A stretch of DNA of 64,000 nt from Acidimicrobiia bacterium. Lineage in GTDB: Bacteria > Actinomycetota > Acidimicrobiia > Spongiisociales > Spongiisociaceae. This document shows, piece by piece, positions 39,358 to 50,028 of the stretch; the stretch's first letter is position 1, and the number at the start of each line of letters is the position of its first letter. The position numbers and the translations under genes were made by a program. The stretch lies in assembly GCA_041576165.1 (NCBI GenBank), contig JBFGLM010000003.1:1-64000 (forward strand), given 5' to 3'. Below the pieces are notes generated by a model. The model made no database searches and was not told the origin of the DNA. It saw only the letters and a program-made list of their open reading frames with translations.

Positions 39358-41931
39358 TCAGACGAAGCGAATCTCGCCGTCACCGGCATCTACCGTCACG
39401 GTGTCACCGTCGGTGAAGTTGCCGGCCAGCAGTTCGACCGCCAGCCGGTCCGCGACCTCCTTTTGCAACACTCGCTTGAGCGGCCGGGCCCCGTAGCTGG
39501 GGTCGTACCCCTGCTCCGCCAACCATTCTTTCGCGACGTCGGTGAACTCCAGCTCGATGTTCCGCTGCCGCAACCGGCCCGCCAGCATCGCAGCCTGGAT
39601 GCCGACGATTTGGCGCAAGTCGTCTTTCGACAGCCGGTGGAACACGATCAGCTCGTCGACCCGGTTGAGGAACTCGGGGCGAAAATGCGACTGGGCTGCG
39701 TTCAGCACGCGTTCATTGACCACCTCGTCGGGCAGATCAGGCTGGATGAACTCCGAGCCCAGGTTGGAGGTCATGATCACCACTGCGTTGGTGAAGTCGA
39801 CCGTCCGGCCCTGACCGTCGGTCAAGCGCCCGTCGTCCATGAGTTGCAGCAGCACATTGAACACATCCGGATGCGCCTTCTCGATCTCATCGAGCAGGAT
39901 CACTGCATAGGGACGGCGCCGGACGGCCTCGGTCAGCTGGCCGCCCTCGTCGTACCCCACATATCCGGGCGGCGCTCCGATGAGACGGCTGACCGAGTGC
40001 TTCTCCATATATTCCGACATGTCGATTCGAACCATCGCCCGTTCGTCGTCGAAGAGGAACGCAGCCAGCGCCCGTGCCAGCTCGGTCTTGCCGACGCCCG
40101 TCGGCCCGAGAAACAGGAACGTCCCGATCGGTCGATTCGGATCGGAGAGGCCCGACCGGCTGCGCCGCACGGCATTGGCTACTGCCTCGACAGCGGCCTC
40201 CTGCCCGACGACCCGGGTATGGAGGTGATCTTCGAGCTTGATCAGTTTTTCGATCTCGCCCTCCATGAGACGCGAGACCGGGACTCCGGTCCAGCGGCTG
40301 ACAACCTCTGCCACATCCTCCTCATCCACCTCTTCGGTGAGCATCCGGGTGGTGGCTTGTAGCTTCTCGAGCGCCTCTTGATGTTCGGCAAGCTCCTTCT
40401 CGAATTCCCGGGTCCGCCCATAGCGAAGCTCGGCCGCCCGCTCGAGGTCACCTTCTCGTTCGGCTCGCTCGGCTCCGGTGCGCGCCTCCTCCAGCTGGAG
40501 CTTCACGTCCCGGATGTCGGCTATGGCAGACTTCTCCAGCTGCCAGTGAGCTTGCAGCCCTTCGGCGTCCTCGCGGAGGTTGGCCAGCTCCTCATCGAGG
40601 GCCGCCAGTCGCTGCTTGGAAGCTTCGTCCGTCTCTTTGGCGAGCGCGGTCCGTTCGATCTCCAGCTGCTGGATGCGCCGTTCGAGTTCGTCGATCTCCT
40701 CGGGCATCGAGTCGATTTCGATACGAAGCCGGCTGGCGGCTTCGTCGATCAGGTCGATCGCCTTGTCCGGCAGGAAGCGGGCGGTGATGTAACGGTCGGA
40801 CAAAACGGCCGCCGCCACCAGCGCCGAGTCGGTGATGCGCACACCGTGGTGGATCTCGTAGCGTTCTTTCAGCCCGCGCAGGATGCCGACCGTGTCCTCC
40901 ACCGACGGTGGTTCAACCAGCACTGGAGCGAACCTGCGCTCGAGCGCCGGATCCTTCTCAACGTGCTTGCGGAACTCGTCCAGGGTGGTAGCGCCGATCA
41001 TGCGCAGCTCGCCGCGAGCGAGCATCGGCTTGAGCATGTTGGATGCGTCCATCGAGCCTTCGGCCGCCCCGGCCCCGACGATCGTGTGCATCTCGTCGAT
41101 GAAGGTGATGATCTGACCTTCAGATGCTTTGATCTCGTTGAGGACGGCTTTGAGGCGCTCCTCGAATTCGCCCCGGTATTTGGCGCCGGCCACCATGGCC
41201 GATAAGTCAAGGGCCACTATCCGCTTGTTCTTCAGTCCTTCCGGCACGTCGCCATCTGCGATCCGGCGGGCGAGACCTTCTACGATGGCGGTCTTACCGA
41301 CTCCGGGCTCGCCGATCAGCACCGGGTTGTTCTTGGTGCGACGCGACAGCACCTGGATCACCCGACGGATCTCCTCGTCGCGCCCGATGACCGGATCGAG
41401 CTTCTGCTGGCGGGCGGCCTCGGTCAGATCGCGGCCGTACTGTTCGAGTGCATCGAACGTGGCCTCCGGGTCCTGACTGGTAACCCGTTGGTTCCCGCGC
41501 AGCTCGCTCAGAGCACCCAGAACGGCGTCTCGCGTCACGCCCAAATCGCGGAAGGCATCGCCAGCTTCGCCGGCGCTCTCGGCCAGGGCCAGGACGAGGT
41601 GCTCGACCGAGAGGTAATCGTCCTTGAAGTCGGCTCGGGCGTTGTCGGCTGCCTCCAGCATCTTGAATGCCTCGGAGGAGAAAGCTGGCTCTTCGCCCCC
41701 ATAGACCTTGGGCTTGCGGTCGAGGATTTGTTCGATCCGGCGCTTGAGCTCCGGCGGTTGGACCCCGAGCGCAGACAGCAGCGGATACACGATGCCCTCC
41801 GTCTGGGAGAGCAACGCCACCGCCACGTGCGCCGGGTCGACCTGAGTGTGGTGACGGACTTCGGCGACCTCCCGGGCCGTCACGAGCGCCGATTGCGATT
41901 TGTGTGTCAGTTTGTTGAAGTCGAAAGCCAT
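39358..41931 (-). CDS. clpB: Disaggregase ClpB
   Basis: Two AAA modules ([16 protein letters not shown]), coiled-coil M domain, GAPPGYVGY. Confidence 0.97.
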   Translation of the reverse strand: MAFDFNKLTHKSQSALVTAREVAEVRHHTQVDPAHVAVALLSQTEGIVYPLLSALGVQPPELKRRIEQILDRKPKVYGGEEPAFSSEAFKMLEAADNARADFKDDYLSVEHLVLALAESAGEAGDAFRDLGVTRDAVLGALSELRGNQRVTSQDPEATFDALEQYGRDLTEAARQQKLDPVIGRDEEIRRVIQVLSRRTKNNPVLIGEPGVGKTAIVEGLARRIADGDVPEGLKNKRIVALDLSAMVAGAKYRGEFEERLKAVLNEIKASEGQIITFIDEMHTIVGAGAAEGSMDASNMLKPMLARGELRMIGATTLDEFRKHVEKDPALERRFAPVLVEPPSVEDTVGILRGLKERYEIHHGVRITDSALVAAAVLSDRYITARFLPDKAIDLIDEAASRLRIEIDSMPEEIDELERRIQQLEIERTALAKETDEASKQRLAALDEELANLREDAEGLQAHWQLEKSAIADIRDVKLQLEEARTGAERAEREGDLERAAELRYGRTREFEKELAEHQEALEKLQATTRMLTEEVDEEDVAEVVSRWTGVPVSRLMEGEIEKLIKLEDHLHTRVVGQEAAVEAVANAVRRSRSGLSDPNRPIGTFLFLGPTGVGKTELARALAAFLFDDERAMVRIDMSEYMEKHSVSRLIGAPPGYVGYDEGGQLTEAVRRRPYAVILLDEIEKAHPDVFNVLLQLMDDGRLTDGQGRTVDFTNAVVIMTSNLGSEFIQPDLPDEVVNERVLNAAQSHFRPEFLNRVDELIVFHRLSKDDLRQIVGIQAAMLAGRLRQRNIELEFTDVAKEWLAEQGYDPSYGARPLKRVLQKEVADRLAVELLAGNFTDGDTVTVDAGDGEIRFV

Positions 41932-42061
41932 CTGGTCGAAATCTCCCCTGATCCTCTGCTCACGGGGCCGTGCCTAACGCCGGCGATGTTTGCGCGCCTG
42001 TATGGCGTCAGCCAGTACAACCTACCCACCTCCGATATTGTTCCAAACATACCAGATAATA

Positions 42062-42078
42062 TGAGTACATATATATCA
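42062..42078 (-). promoter_or_regulatory. HAIR-like HspR operator upstream of clpB
   Basis: TGAGT-acatata-TATCA (plus strand) in an AT-rich island; same core as upstream of dnaK. Confidence 0.6.
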
Positions 42079-42154
42079 GATTTTGCGCGGGCGAGTGGGA
42101 GTGAACGGGACCGGGTCGATGGCTCCAGGGACTCGGTTGAAGGTCGGCCCGGGC

Positions 42155-42556
42155 TCAGGCCTCTGTGGGCCCAGACAGCACGATCTCCAGTTTGCGGTTG
42201 ACGGCGTCGAGTACCGCTCGGGCGGTGGCTTTGGCCGGGTCATTCTCGCGAATCATGGCGGAACCGACCAGGCGGTCGGCTGCGGTGCCGGTCTGCACCT
42301 GGGCCATGGCGATCCGGGTGTCGCCCAAGTCGGTGGTGGCCACTGCGGTGAGGTCGAGCAATAGGCGTCCGGCGGCGACTCGCTCCACTGCGCGCAATGT
42401 TGCTTCGCCGACGAGGCGCGGACGCAGCGTGTCATCCGAACCTCCGAGCGCCTCACCTTCGAAGGCTCGGTCCTGCCAGCCGAGCACGACGGTCACACGA
42501 ACTTCGTCGTCCTCCATCTCCTCATCGATCATGGCAAGCAGCGGTCGATTACGCAC
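42155..42556 (-). CDS. Hypothetical protein resembling a stand-alone LeuA allosteric domain
   Basis: AAGGAGG RBS; two internal units ending EATLRAVER and ATARAVLDAVNR. Confidence 0.65.
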   Translation of the reverse strand: MRNRPLLAMIDEEMEDDEVRVTVVLGWQDRAFEGEALGGSDDTLRPRLVGEATLRAVERVAAGRLLLDLTAVATTDLGDTRIAMAQVQTGTAADRLVGSAMIRENDPAKATARAVLDAVNRKLEIVLSGPTEA

Positions 42557-42694
42557 GTTGACGCCTCCTTGGCGGCCAAGGGAACGAGATAAGTATCGGC
42601 TGGCGTCGGGGGCGCTTGAGTTGTTGCGGCCGTCGTCGCCCGGTGACGCAGCCTGACCTTAGAGGGTCACCGGTCAGGAGGCGCGCCAAGGTGG

Positions 42695-44161
42695 TCAGGC
42701 GGCGCGGGTCCGCTCCCGCGCCCAGGCACGCAACGCTGAGATCTCCTCGGCCCGGGACTCGGTCAGGGGCACGGTGTTGCGGATTTCGTCGAGCAATCCG
42801 CTCGTGGTCAGGTCAGCGTCTTCCGCGAAGGCTTTGTAGAGGGCACCGACGACGACCGTCTCCAGTTCGGCTCCCGAGAACCCCTCGGTGGCCTTGGCCA
42901 GGGCGGCGGTGTCGATCCCGGCCGGCTCCTGGTCCCGGACCCTCAGGTGGTATTCGAGGATGCGCCGGCGATCTAACACATCTGGCACATCGACAAAGAA
43001 CACGTCGTCGAACCGGCCGCGGCGCAAGAACTCCGGTGGCAGCGACCGGACGTCATTGGAGGTTGCGACCAGAAAGACTCGAGCGGTGCGCTCCTGTAGC
43101 CATCGCAGAAAGGTACCGAGAACTCGGGCGCTCACCCCGCCATCGCCGTCGCCTCCCGACGCGAAACCCTTCTCAATCTCGTCCACCCACAGCACAGCCG
43201 GGCTCAGCGCTTCCACCACCCGTAGCGTTTGGGCAAGGCGCTGCTCCGACTCGCCGACGTATTTGCCATAGAGGCGGCCGGGGTCCAGCAGGACCAGTGG
43301 CAGTGCCCAGGTATGCGCGATCGCTTTCGCGACCAGCGACTTTCCACACCCGGGTATGCCGGTCAGGAGAATCCCGCGAGGCGAATCCAAGTGGACGGCC
43401 GAGGCCGGGTCGCGAAACACTGCCCTCCGGATCTGCAGCCACTGTTTCAGATCCTGCAGGCCTCCCACGTCCTCGATCCCGACGCCGGGTGACTCGATCA
43501 ACTCCAGGATCCCGTCCTGGTTGAGAATCTCTGCCCGGGCGTGACGCATACGAGGCAGGTCACCAGCGTCAATCCGACCGTCCTCCATGGCCGCTCGTTG
43601 CAGTGTTCGCTCTGCTTCGTTCATCGTCAGGCCCACGAGGTCGCCGACCATCCGGCGGAAGTCATCGGGGCCGATGGCCACGGTCAACCCGCGGGCGGAG
43701 AGATCCTCCAGCGTTCTGCGGGCCATCCGCTCCAGTTCGACCTCCGACGGCGGCGTGAGGTGCCACTCGTGTGCAACGTCGAGCAGGTCCTGTGATATCT
43801 GGATGCTGGGACCGGTGATGACGATTGACTGGCCGGCCGGCGCGCGTTGCACGGCTTCGCGCAGGCGGCGGCGAGCCGCGAGATCCTCCAGCATGGGGTT
43901 GGCGTCCCGGAAGACGAACACGCCCTGGGCGCGTCGATCCTGGATGAAATCGATCGCGGCGTGGATCGACTCGGTCCCGTATTGGCTTTCTCCGCCGGCA
44001 AGGTGTAGTCCCTCGGTGACCGACCACAACCAGACCGGCACATCCAGGGCAGCGGCCGCGTCTTGGATGAGGCCGATCGCACGTGTCTCTTCTCTGGTCT
44101 CGACGAAGATCAAGGGATGGTTGGATCCGAGAAGGAGCCGCAGGTCACGGGTATTGTCCAC
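42695..44161 (-). CDS. AAA+ ATPase (Ycf46-like)
   Basis: Degenerate N-terminal domain (ETREETR); VGGLQDLK.WL, GIPGCGKS, WVDEIEK, PPEFLRRGRFD. Confidence 0.88.
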   Translation of the reverse strand: MDNTRDLRLLLGSNHPLIFVETREETRAIGLIQDAAAALDVPVWLWSVTEGLHLAGGESQYGTESIHAAIDFIQDRRAQGVFVFRDANPMLEDLAARRRLREAVQRAPAGQSIVITGPSIQISQDLLDVAHEWHLTPPSEVELERMARRTLEDLSARGLTVAIGPDDFRRMVGDLVGLTMNEAERTLQRAAMEDGRIDAGDLPRMRHARAEILNQDGILELIESPGVGIEDVGGLQDLKQWLQIRRAVFRDPASAVHLDSPRGILLTGIPGCGKSLVAKAIAHTWALPLVLLDPGRLYGKYVGESEQRLAQTLRVVEALSPAVLWVDEIEKGFASGGDGDGGVSARVLGTFLRWLQERTARVFLVATSNDVRSLPPEFLRRGRFDDVFFVDVPDVLDRRRILEYHLRVRDQEPAGIDTAALAKATEGFSGAELETVVVGALYKAFAEDADLTTSGLLDEIRNTVPLTESRAEEISALRAWARERTRAA

Positions 44162-44235
44162 TCCAGCCGTATCGGCATGTCATCCACCCGCCCAAAGCGA
44201 CAATGCCGCCCGTACGGCCCGGCCAGAATGGCATC

Positions 44236-44646
44236 ATGACCTACCGTATCCTCGAGGACGGTCCGCGGGTTGTCGCCGTCGTGCACGGTGCGACGCTGCC
44301 CGAGTTGTTCGAGCATGCAGTCATTGCGGTGTTCGACATCGCCTACGACGTCGGCCGGGTTCGGGTTGAACGCGATGTGCCGGTCATGGCCGTGGGCGAC
44401 ACGCCCGAGGCACTGCTGAGCGACTGGCTGATCCAGACCATTGCTGCTGCCGCCACCACCCACCGCCTGGTCGTGACGACCGCGGCGGTGGATCGGTTGG
44501 AGATGGGCGGAGCCCAGGGCGCGGTCGGCGGCTATCGCTGTTCCGAGGCGACGCTGCGTCGCTTCGTGCCGGGTACGGCTGGTCTGAGCGGGGACATCGT
44601 CGACGTGCCGGGTGGTTTCTGGGTGCGGCTGGTGATCGATCCCTGA
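44236..44646 (+). CDS. Archease-like protein (divergent)
   Basis: GATLPELFEHA..AVFD, GDTPEALLSDWL, C-terminal WVRLVIDP. Confidence 0.7.
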   Translation: MTYRILEDGPRVVAVVHGATLPELFEHAVIAVFDIAYDVGRVRVERDVPVMAVGDTPEALLSDWLIQTIAAAATTHRLVVTTAAVDRLEMGGAQGAVGGYRCSEATLRRFVPGTAGLSGDIVDVPGGFWVRLVIDP

Positions 44647-44741
44647 GATGTCAGAGTCCGTGGTTGCAGGCCTCGAATCATCTATGCTGCCCGTCTTGCA
44701 GGGGGGGCGGAAGCATCCTGTAACGGGAAGGGAGTCCCCCC

Positions 44742-45122
44742 ATGCTGAAGGGGTTCAAAGAGTTTGCCTTCAAAGGCAACTTGATCGAAACGGGTATTGC
44801 CCTAGTAATGGCCCTGGCCGTCGCGGCCCTGATCACGGCGCTGGTCGAGAACGTGTTGATGCCGCTCATCGGCGCGCTCACCGGGGGTGCCGGTGACGGC
44901 ATCGCCGAGCTGTGGGCGGCCGAGGTCAACGGGTCGACCATCATGTTCGGTGCATTTGTGTCAGCCCTCATCACCTTTGTGGCCATCGCGGCTGCTGTGT
45001 ATTTCTTCATCGTGAAGCCGTACGAGGCATACAAGGCGCGCACCGAGGGTCCGGCGGAAGAGGAAGGTCCGTCCGAAGTGGAGCTGCTCGCCCAGATCCG
45101 GGACGCGTTGGTCCGCGCATAG
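44742..45122 (+). CDS. mscL: Large-conductance mechanosensitive channel
   Basis: MLKGFKEFAFKGNLI, FGAFVSALITF, YFFIVKP, LLAQIRDAL. Confidence 0.92.
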   Translation: MLKGFKEFAFKGNLIETGIALVMALAVAALITALVENVLMPLIGALTGGAGDGIAELWAAEVNGSTIMFGAFVSALITFVAIAAAVYFFIVKPYEAYKARTEGPAEEEGPSEVELLAQIRDALVRA

Positions 45123-45138
45123 CAAGTGTCCTATTTCG

Positions 45139-45172
45139 TGCAATGGGGCCGGTCGGGACCGGCCCCATCGCA
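45139..45172 (+). terminator. Stem-loop after mscL
   Basis: ATGGGGCCGGT-cggg-ACCGGCCCCAT; no U tract. Confidence 0.6.
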
Positions 45173-45360
45173 TTAGTGCGGCGTTATGCCAGCATCCTGG
45201 ACCTTTCCGTGGCTATGCTCCTGGACCATTCGTTGAGATACGCAACGAGGGAGCGGAGAGAAGGGGCATAGGTCGGGTTCCGGTCGCCCGAGACGGCGCA
45301 CGTGCTGGCGCGCCTGCTCCTCTTGATCCGCCCGTGTGGGCGCTCGAAAGGGGAAGCACC

Positions 45361-48300
45361 ATGAAGCGATGGCAGCCGAGGCTGGCGCTCGTGGTCGCGT
45401 TGGCGATGATGACGAGCTTGCTGGGAGCCTCGAGTGCGCTGGCGGATGACATCGCCATCGACGGACCGTTCATCGAAAGGGCCAGTTTCACTGGCAACGT
45501 CGATGTGGTGTACGCACAGATGGGCCTTTACCGGGATGTCCAAGACGGTCAGCTGACCGTCACAGTTCCCGGAACGGCCACCGGCGTGGTGGCGGCTTAC
45601 CTGTGGTGGAGTGGCCGGATAGGCGATTCGTTCGGGCCACCTCCGGACTCGGGGGACGACACCGTCGACATCACCATCAACGGCGGCACCACCCAGACCA
45701 TCACCGCCACCGACACGTTCTACTCAGACGCGGCCAACCCGTTCATTCACTACAACTATTGGTACGACCTGACGGGCCAGGTCGGGCTCGGCTCGACCAC
45801 GATCCTGCTGGAGGGTTTCGACCTCCAGGTTCCGGCCAACGTCAACAACCGCCACAACGGGTTCGGCGTCGCCGTCGTCTATGAGGACCCAACCGTTCCC
45901 GAAACGACATTGATCATCAAAGACGGCAACGACCGGGGCTACTGGGCATGGCCGTCGCCGGCCGGCCCGGATTCGGCCGTCCAGTGTTTCGACGTGGTGC
46001 CGTCTCCGGTGGCCCAGCAGTTCGAGATCACCGTCAACATCACGGCCGTCGACTCCAATGACTCGTTTGTGCGGCCCCAGACTCTGTGGTGGCTGACCGG
46101 CACCGGCGCACAACCCTCCGGTGACAACGCCGACACCTCTGGGATGAAGGCATTGGGGACTCCGAGAGTGAACCCGGTGTTCCCGGGGACCGGCAACACC
46201 GACCCGTACGGTTTCGAGTGGGTGAGTTTTGACGTCACCGTCCCGGCCGGCGACGAATGGGTGTGCATGCAGCTGGAGTCGGTGACCGAGAATCCGGGCC
46301 AGATCGGCGCCACCACCGGCTGGAGCGCCCTCGGTTTTGGAGCGCCCACCCTGCACCGGCTCGGCAACCTGGTGTGGTTCGACACCGACGACAACGGGCT
46401 GGCCGACGCAGGAGAGCCCGGCATCGCCGGTGTCACGGTCGAACTGTACGACGCCGGGGGTGCACTCGTTGCCACCACGGTCACCGACGCCGACGGCAAA
46501 TACGAGTTCCCCGGCTTGCCGGCCGGTGACTACAGGGTCCTGATCCCCGCCGGACAGGTGGTTCTGGACGGTCTGTTCTCGTCCTCGATCGAGGTTTCGG
46601 ATCCCAATACGGACCTCGACAACGACGACAACGGCCTGGCCGACCCGGCCGGCATCCGTTCGGGAGTTGTCACGGTCGGCGACGCGGTTGGCCCCGACTT
46701 CTCCGACGACGCCTCGAACGAGCCAACCGACGAGATACTGCGGTCGAACGATGCCACCGACGACGATCCAATCGATCCGCCGTATGAGGACGTCCGCTCG
46801 AACTACTCGGTCGATTTCGGCTTCTCGGGCGAGATCCTGCAGACATTCTCGATCGGCAACCAGGTTTGGTTCGACGACGACGGTGACGGGCTCCGCGACC
46901 CCACTGAGGGCGGCGTACCCGGCGCGGTGGTCCTGTTGATCGACGCCGGCGGCACCACGGTGCAGACCACCACGACCGACGCCGACGGCCTCTATCTGTT
47001 CACCGAGGTACCGGCCGGCAACTACGCGGTCAAGATCGCCGACGAGAACTTCGTGGCCGGAGCCGTGCTGGACGGCTACAACCCGACTCCCTTCATGGAA
47101 GCCGACCCGAACACCGACGTGGACAACGACTCGAACGCGATCGTCGTCGACGGCATGGTGGTGTCGGGCACGGTGACGGTGGGCGACGGCGAGCCGACCG
47201 GGGAGGATCCCAACAACGATCCCGCGACACCTGATGTCGACTCCAACCTGACGGTCGACTTCGGCTTCGTCCTCGGCGGGGAAAACCTGGTTTCGATCGG
47301 GAATCTCGTCTGGGAGGACGTGAACGACAACGGTCTCGTCGACACGGGCGAGCCGGTCTTCGCTGGCGTTGATGTCAACTTGTGGTCGGCGGCCGGCGAC
47401 GGCACCCCGCTCGCGTTGGTCGCAACAACTGCGACGGACGCCGATGGGCACTACGCCTTCCTGGTCGACGAAGGCACGTATATCGTCCAGATCCCACCCG
47501 AGGAATTCGCCCCCGGCGGACCGCTCGAGGGCTATGTGTCCTCGACCCCGACCTTCGACCCGACCAACGGCGTCGACAACGATGACAACGGCGACGACGA
47601 CCCAACGCTCGGGATCATCACCGCCTCCATCACTGCGGCGGTCGGAACCGCACCGACGGGTGAGGCCGATCCTGATCCGTTCGGTGTACCCGACGCCGAC
47701 AGCGACCTGACGATCGACCTCGGACTGGTGGACACCTTCGCCGGGATCGGCGACTTTGTATGGTTCGACGAGAAGACACCCGAAGGCGGCCCAGGCAACA
47801 ACGTCCAGGATCCGGGTGAGCCCGGCATCCCGGGCGTCACGGTCCGGCTGTACGACATGGACGGCGTGGTGGTCGGCACCACGGTGACCGACGCCACCGG
47901 GTTCTATGAGTTCCGGGTGCCACCCGGCGATTACTGGCTCGAGTTCGAGTGGGATCCCACCACGCAGGTCCCGGTGTCGAACCCGTCGCTGTACAACCCC
48001 GGTGATGCGCTGATATTGGTGAACCCTGATGTGGGAACCGACGACACGATCGACTCGGACGGGTCAAAGACGAAGACGGCGGACAACATCGCTCGAACTG
48101 AAGCCACGACGCTGGACCCCGGGGAGTTCGATCCGACCTGGGACCTCGGTCTCAGCCGGTCTCTCGAAGTCCAGGACGAAAGGATCGCCATCGGCAATCT
48201 GGTTTGGTGGGACTTCGATTTCGACGGCATTGCCGATCCCGGTGAGCCGCGACTGGACGGGGTGACCATCGAGGTGTGGCTGTCGGACGCGGTCGGCAAC

Positions 48301-48840
48301 ATCGTGGGAACTGCTCCGGAGGCCACCACAATCACCGACGCCAACGGTCATTACTACGTGTCGTTCGATCAGGACGTGCTCAATGTCCGGGTGAGGGTGG
48401 CGCCCTCCAACTTCGCGAACGGCGGCCCGCTGCGGGACGCATCCGGTCAGATCATGTTCTCAACTACCGGCACGTTCGGCTCGGACGACGGGGTGGACAA
48501 CGACGACAACGGTCGGGACGTGGCGACGCCACAAAATGGCGGCGTCTGGTCGGACGTGATTCAACTGCAATTCGACACCGAACCGGTCGGAGAGGCCGAC
48601 CCGATCCCGCCAGGGGTCGACTTCGACGAACTCGACGACAACGACGCCGACTTCACCGTCGACTTCGGGTTCATCGGCTGTGACGGTGTCTCCCAGACCC
48701 ACCCGGTGACCGGTGCTCTATGTGTGGTGACCGGCCATGAGAGCAGCGAACAAGCCGGATTCGGTCTGATGCTGCTGGGCTTTGGGATGCTGATGGTGCT
48801 GTCGGCCAATGACTGGGACCGCCGGCGGTCGAGCGAATAG
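45361..48840 (+). CDS. Large acidic surface protein with five SdrD B-like domains
   Basis: Signal peptide; five repeats of (I/L)G(N/D)xVWxD...GE...GVxVxL...TDAxGxY; C-terminal TM helix and RRR tail. Confidence 0.88.
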   Translation: MKRWQPRLALVVALAMMTSLLGASSALADDIAIDGPFIERASFTGNVDVVYAQMGLYRDVQDGQLTVTVPGTATGVVAAYLWWSGRIGDSFGPPPDSGDDTVDITINGGTTQTITATDTFYSDAANPFIHYNYWYDLTGQVGLGSTTILLEGFDLQVPANVNNRHNGFGVAVVYEDPTVPETTLIIKDGNDRGYWAWPSPAGPDSAVQCFDVVPSPVAQQFEITVNITAVDSNDSFVRPQTLWWLTGTGAQPSGDNADTSGMKALGTPRVNPVFPGTGNTDPYGFEWVSFDVTVPAGDEWVCMQLESVTENPGQIGATTGWSALGFGAPTLHRLGNLVWFDTDDNGLADAGEPGIAGVTVELYDAGGALVATTVTDADGKYEFPGLPAGDYRVLIPAGQVVLDGLFSSSIEVSDPNTDLDNDDNGLADPAGIRSGVVTVGDAVGPDFSDDASNEPTDEILRSNDATDDDPIDPPYEDVRSNYSVDFGFSGEILQTFSIGNQVWFDDDGDGLRDPTEGGVPGAVVLLIDAGGTTVQTTTTDADGLYLFTEVPAGNYAVKIADENFVAGAVLDGYNPTPFMEADPNTDVDNDSNAIVVDGMVVSGTVTVGDGEPTGEDPNNDPATPDVDSNLTVDFGFVLGGENLVSIGNLVWEDVNDNGLVDTGEPVFAGVDVNLWSAAGDGTPLALVATTATDADGHYAFLVDEGTYIVQIPPEEFAPGGPLEGYVSSTPTFDPTNGVDNDDNGDDDPTLGIITASITAAVGTAPTGEADPDPFGVPDADSDLTIDLGLVDTFAGIGDFVWFDEKTPEGGPGNNVQDPGEPGIPGVTVRLYDMDGVVVGTTVTDATGFYEFRVPPGDYWLEFEWDPTTQVPVSNPSLYNPGDALILVNPDVGTDDTIDSDGSKTKTADNIARTEATTLDPGEFDPTWDLGLSRSLEVQDERIAIGNLVWWDFDFDGIADPGEPRLDGVTIEVWLSDAVGNIVGTAPEATTITDANGHYYVSFDQDVLNVRVRVAPSNFANGGPLRDASGQIMFSTTGTFGSDDGVDNDDNGRDVATPQNGGVWSDVIQLQFDTEPVGEADPIPPGVDFDELDDNDADFTVDFGFIGCDGVSQTHPVTGALCVVTGHESSEQAGFGLMLLGFGMLMVLSANDWDRRRSSE

Positions 48841-48861
48841 GCCAGTACGCATTCATACGAA

Positions 48862-48889
48862 AAGGGACCGGCCGTGAGGCCGGTCCCTT
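48862..48889 (+). terminator. Intrinsic terminator-like hairpin
   Basis: AAGGGACCGGCC-gtga-GGCCGGTCCCTT. Confidence 0.65.
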
Positions 48890-48936
48890 GCGTTGGCCGG
48901 TCGCTACGTTGGTGCCAACGCCGAAGAGAGGACGTC

Positions 48937-49518
48937 ATGATCCGGGTGCTGGAATCGAGATGGACAACGCTGGCGCTCGGCTTTCTCACGCTGGCGGCAC
49001 TGGCCGCGGCGCTCGTCGCAGTCAACGCAGCGAGCAACCTCCAGGACGAGTGGTCGGCGTTCCAAGCCGATCTGAACACCGTGACTGGGGAGACGGCCGA
49101 CGCGCTCCGGCTTGCGTCGCTGCAATTGGACGCTCTGGCCTCTAGCACTTTCGTATTCGAAGTCGATGTGGATGAGACCATTCCGGTCGACGCCAGCATT
49201 CCGTTCAGCCGGGAGCTCACCATCCCGGTGAACACGGCTATTCCGATCAATCAAGCCATCGATACCACCATCGAGGTCGATGGGCCGCTCGGCCTGACTG
49301 TGCCGGTTGACGTCCGGGTGCCGATCGACCTGACGGTACCGGTGAACCTCGAGATTCCCTTCACGGTGGACGAAACCATCGACGTGTCGACCACCACCCG
49401 CATCCGATTGGCGGTTCCGATCGAAATCGATGTCTCGCAGACCGACCTGGCGCCGCTCGCCACGTCGTTCAGCGAAGATCTGGCCGATTTGGCGGGAACA
49501 ATCGAAAGCGCCGGATAG
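48937..49518 (+). CDS. Hypothetical membrane-anchored protein with repeated beta-strand motifs
   Basis: GAGAGGA RBS, N-terminal TM helix, repeated (I/V)P(I/V)(D/N) units. Confidence 0.7.
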   Translation: MIRVLESRWTTLALGFLTLAALAAALVAVNAASNLQDEWSAFQADLNTVTGETADALRLASLQLDALASSTFVFEVDVDETIPVDASIPFSRELTIPVNTAIPINQAIDTTIEVDGPLGLTVPVDVRVPIDLTVPVNLEIPFTVDETIDVSTTTRIRLAVPIEIDVSQTDLAPLATSFSEDLADLAGTIESAG

Positions 49519-49519
49519 G

Positions 49520-49951
49520 TCAGGTTTCGAGGAGCTCTTTGAGCCGGTGATAGTCGCCGCGGACCGATCGTTGTGCCACAACGCGTAGCAAAGGGCCGAA
49601 CACACGAAAGAACCCGCCCGGCTCACCCGCCACGTCGGCGGTCACCCGGCAGCGGTCCGGTGAGAGTGGTTCAACGGCCCGGGTGACCCGGATCGGAAAG
49701 CTGGACTGCCTGGATTCGATCGTGACAGATCGTCCGGGATCGAGGGCCACCAGTTCGAACGAGGTAACGACCTCGCGACCTAGAAAACGGGCGACCTGCT
49801 CGTAGGTCGAGCCAATCCGCAGCGGTGGGTCGCTGGTCCAAACGGCGCTCTGCATGCCGCTTTGCCACTCGGGGTTTCGCGAAAAGTCGGAAATGACTGC
49901 GAAGACGTCTGCGGCGGGCCGGTCGATCTCGATCGAGGACTGCATCCGCAC
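49520..49951 (-). CDS. SRPBCC (polyketide cyclase/START) family protein
   Basis: SIEIDRPAADVFAVISDF...PEWQ, RLKELLE. GGAGG before GTG 49951. Confidence 0.82.
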   Translation of the reverse strand: MRMQSSIEIDRPAADVFAVISDFSRNPEWQSGMQSAVWTSDPPLRIGSTYEQVARFLGREVVTSFELVALDPGRSVTIESRQSSFPIRVTRAVEPLSPDRCRVTADVAGEPGGFFRVFGPLLRVVAQRSVRGDYHRLKELLET

Positions 49952-50028
49952 GATTCCTCCACTATTTGGTACCGTCATGATGCCAGTTGGAACCGCGTGC
50001 CTCTAACCCCGGCCGGCGCCCGCTCGAC

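Noticed and set aside
46356-48672. Repeats in the surface protein as a CRISPR array or DNA tandem repeat
   Set aside because: They are diverged protein-domain repeats in one ORF; no repeat-spacer array or cas genes were seen in the window.
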